DNA from: a virus | Lineage: Duplodnaviria > Caudoviricetes | Reading direction: 5' to 3' (one strand) | DNA length: 64,000 nucleotides | Virus record (IMG/VR): IMGVR_UViG_3300030330_004274 | Span: 96,001-160,000 of that record | Part shown: positions 62,637 to 64,000 of the stretch, one piece after another | How the letters are laid out: every line of letters starts with the position of its first letter | Numbering within the stretch: position 1 is the first letter of the stretch | The notes under the pieces: generated by a model | Told to the model about the DNA's origin: nothing | The model's input: the letters and a program-made list of their open reading frames with translations, nothing else | Database searches by the model: none | Translations under genes and position numbers: made by a program

Positions 62637-64000
62637 ATGTCATTTAAAAAATTACAAAACATATTTACAGAATCTGATAAGTTCAATCAAATAGTTGAAC
62701 CATCTGTAACAAATGTTCAAGATAGTATTCCTAATGAATTATCTCAAATGCAAGAATCTCAATTAGATACAAAATTTTCAGAGAAAAGAGTAGAACAAGT
62801 ACAGGCTGGATTTGGAGCAGGAGTTGATTTTTTACCAAATGATAAAGCAAGTGGTTTTGATGTAAGAATTGAACCAGGTCAAACTTCATTTAATAATGTT
62901 ACTCAAACACCTATCAGTAATAGAGGGATAGGTGGTTCATTAGGAGATGGTTCTTTTGAACCAAGTGTTCCACTTCAAACTCGTTTTGATTTAAATTTTG
63001 AAAATTTACGAAATATGTCAGAAAGTAATTTAGGAATTGATGGAATACTTGGTAGTGGGATTGCATCTAATACTTTAATAGGTCAACCTGTAGAATTTCA
63101 ATCACTACTTAATACTTTTGCAGAATCAAGATTTTCTCAAGATATTATAAATCAAAGTCAATTTGGTATTGAGGGTTCAATTTTTGAAAGACCTATATTT
63201 AATTTTGATTTCGCATCAGGTAAATCTAAACTTGAAGCTATATTAAATCCACCAAAGAAAAAACTCTCTAAAAAAGAATTAATAAAACAACAATTAAAAG
63301 CAAAAATTGGTGAAGAGTTAGATAAGAAAAAAACAGAATATTTAGATGATTTAAAGAAAAATGTAATGGCAAAATTAGAAGACCCTACAACTTCTCTTTA
63401 TAAAGGAATTTCAGGTGTACAAACAAAAGTATTCTCTTCAGTTGAAAAAAATATTGGTGCATTTGGTAATAGTAGGATTGCTAATTTTATTACAAAAAAA
63501 ACAGGTGACCCTAATGTTTTAAGTGAGGCACTTGGTGGAGCAAAAGACCAACTTGCAAGTGTAAGGGCATCAACTGATTTGGTTAATTTGGCCAAACAAA
63601 AAATACCTAATATAATTGATGATGCAAAAAAGAAGGTAACTGATACTCAAAAAAATCTATCTACTGAAGACCCTGTCGCTCCAGGTGACCCAATACCTAA
63701 ATTAAGATTTTTTGCTTGGGATGAGTTTTATAATAAAGACCATACAAGTAAATCACCTGGTTATCATTATGGACCAAATGTTAATCATGCCAATTTAGAC
63801 CTTCGTTATCAAGGACAAGGTGATATATTGGAATCAAGTATAATATCAAGAACATCAGATATAACGGGTGGTAAATTAAAAAATTTACTTGGAGATAAAT
63901 TTCATACAAAAGAACCTTATATAGTTTATAATATTCCTACTGAATCAGGTAAGGCAAAAAGTGGAGTTAAAAAAATAATAGATGAACTTATAAGAGCAGC
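62637..64000 (+). CDS. Tail/baseplate-associated protein (3' truncated)
   Basis: GGAG SD, ATG 62637 (MSFKKLQNIFTES...), frame appears open to the window end, follows the tape measure gene. Confidence 0.6.
   Translation, partial: MSFKKLQNIFTESDKFNQIVEPSVTNVQDSIPNELSQMQESQLDTKFSEKRVEQVQAGFGAGVDFLPNDKASGFDVRIEPGQTSFNNVTQTPISNRGIGGSLGDGSFEPSVPLQTRFDLNFENLRNMSESNLGIDGILGSGIASNTLIGQPVEFQSLLNTFAESRFSQDIINQSQFGIEGSIFERPIFNFDFASGKSKLEAILNPPKKKLSKKELIKQQLKAKIGEELDKKKTEYLDDLKKNVMAKLEDPTTSLYKGISGVQTKVFSSVEKNIGAFGNSRIANFITKKTGDPNVLSEALGGAKDQLASVRASTDLVNLAKQKIPNIIDDAKKKVTDTQKNLSTEDPVAPGDPIPKLRFFAWDEFYNKDHTSKSPGYHYGPNVNHANLDLRYQGQGDILESSIISRTSDITGGKLKNLLGDKFHTKEPYIVYNIPTESGKAKSGVKKIIDELIRA

Noticed and set aside
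799-63595. All minus-strand ORFs in the track
   Set aside because: They lie antisense to well-supported + strand genes, lack recognisable motifs, and look like codon-bias shadows.
1-64000. Genome-wide stop-codon reassignment (TGA or TAG)
   Set aside because: Core genes are intact in code 11. TAG stops are typically followed by SD and new genes, and TGA ends genes at ATGA overlaps. Only 14776 looks recoded.
1-64000. tRNA/rRNA genes, including tRNA-Sec
   Set aside because: Intergenic gaps are short and AT-rich, and no cloverleaf or T-loop signature was seen by eye. tRNAscan-SE would be needed to be certain.

Overview
AT-rich (~30% GC by eye) 64-kb segment of a large T4-like contractile-tailed phage, with all real genes on the + strand. 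Order: tail fibre/spike genes (1-12.1 kb); an accessory block of envelope proteins and putative capsid-internal proteins (12.2-24.6 kb); terminase, portal, prohead protease; more putative internal proteins, an actin-like ATPase and ribosomal protein bS21; scaffold and major capsid protein; a 3052-aa fibre; neck, tail completion, sheath and tube; GH108 endolysin; tail chaperone; tape measure. Strong AGGAG Shine-Dalgarno sites plus outer-membrane beta-barrels and lipoproteins suggest a diderm, probably non-Bacteroidota host (inference). Most notable observations: (1) an unannotated gene with an in-frame UGA followed by a SECIS-like hairpin (candidate phage selenoprotein); (2) a volactin-like actin next to a membrane-anchored partner whose C-terminal motif recurs in a neck-cluster protein; (3) a c-di-GMP-II-riboswitch-like RNA abutting a tail-fibre RBS, and separately an MshEN-domain membrane protein; (4) a +1/-2 frameshift site in the tail chaperone; (5) a 14-copy late-promoter-like motif whose core is the reverse complement of the T4 late promoter. 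All homology calls are from motif recognition and memory, not database searches.
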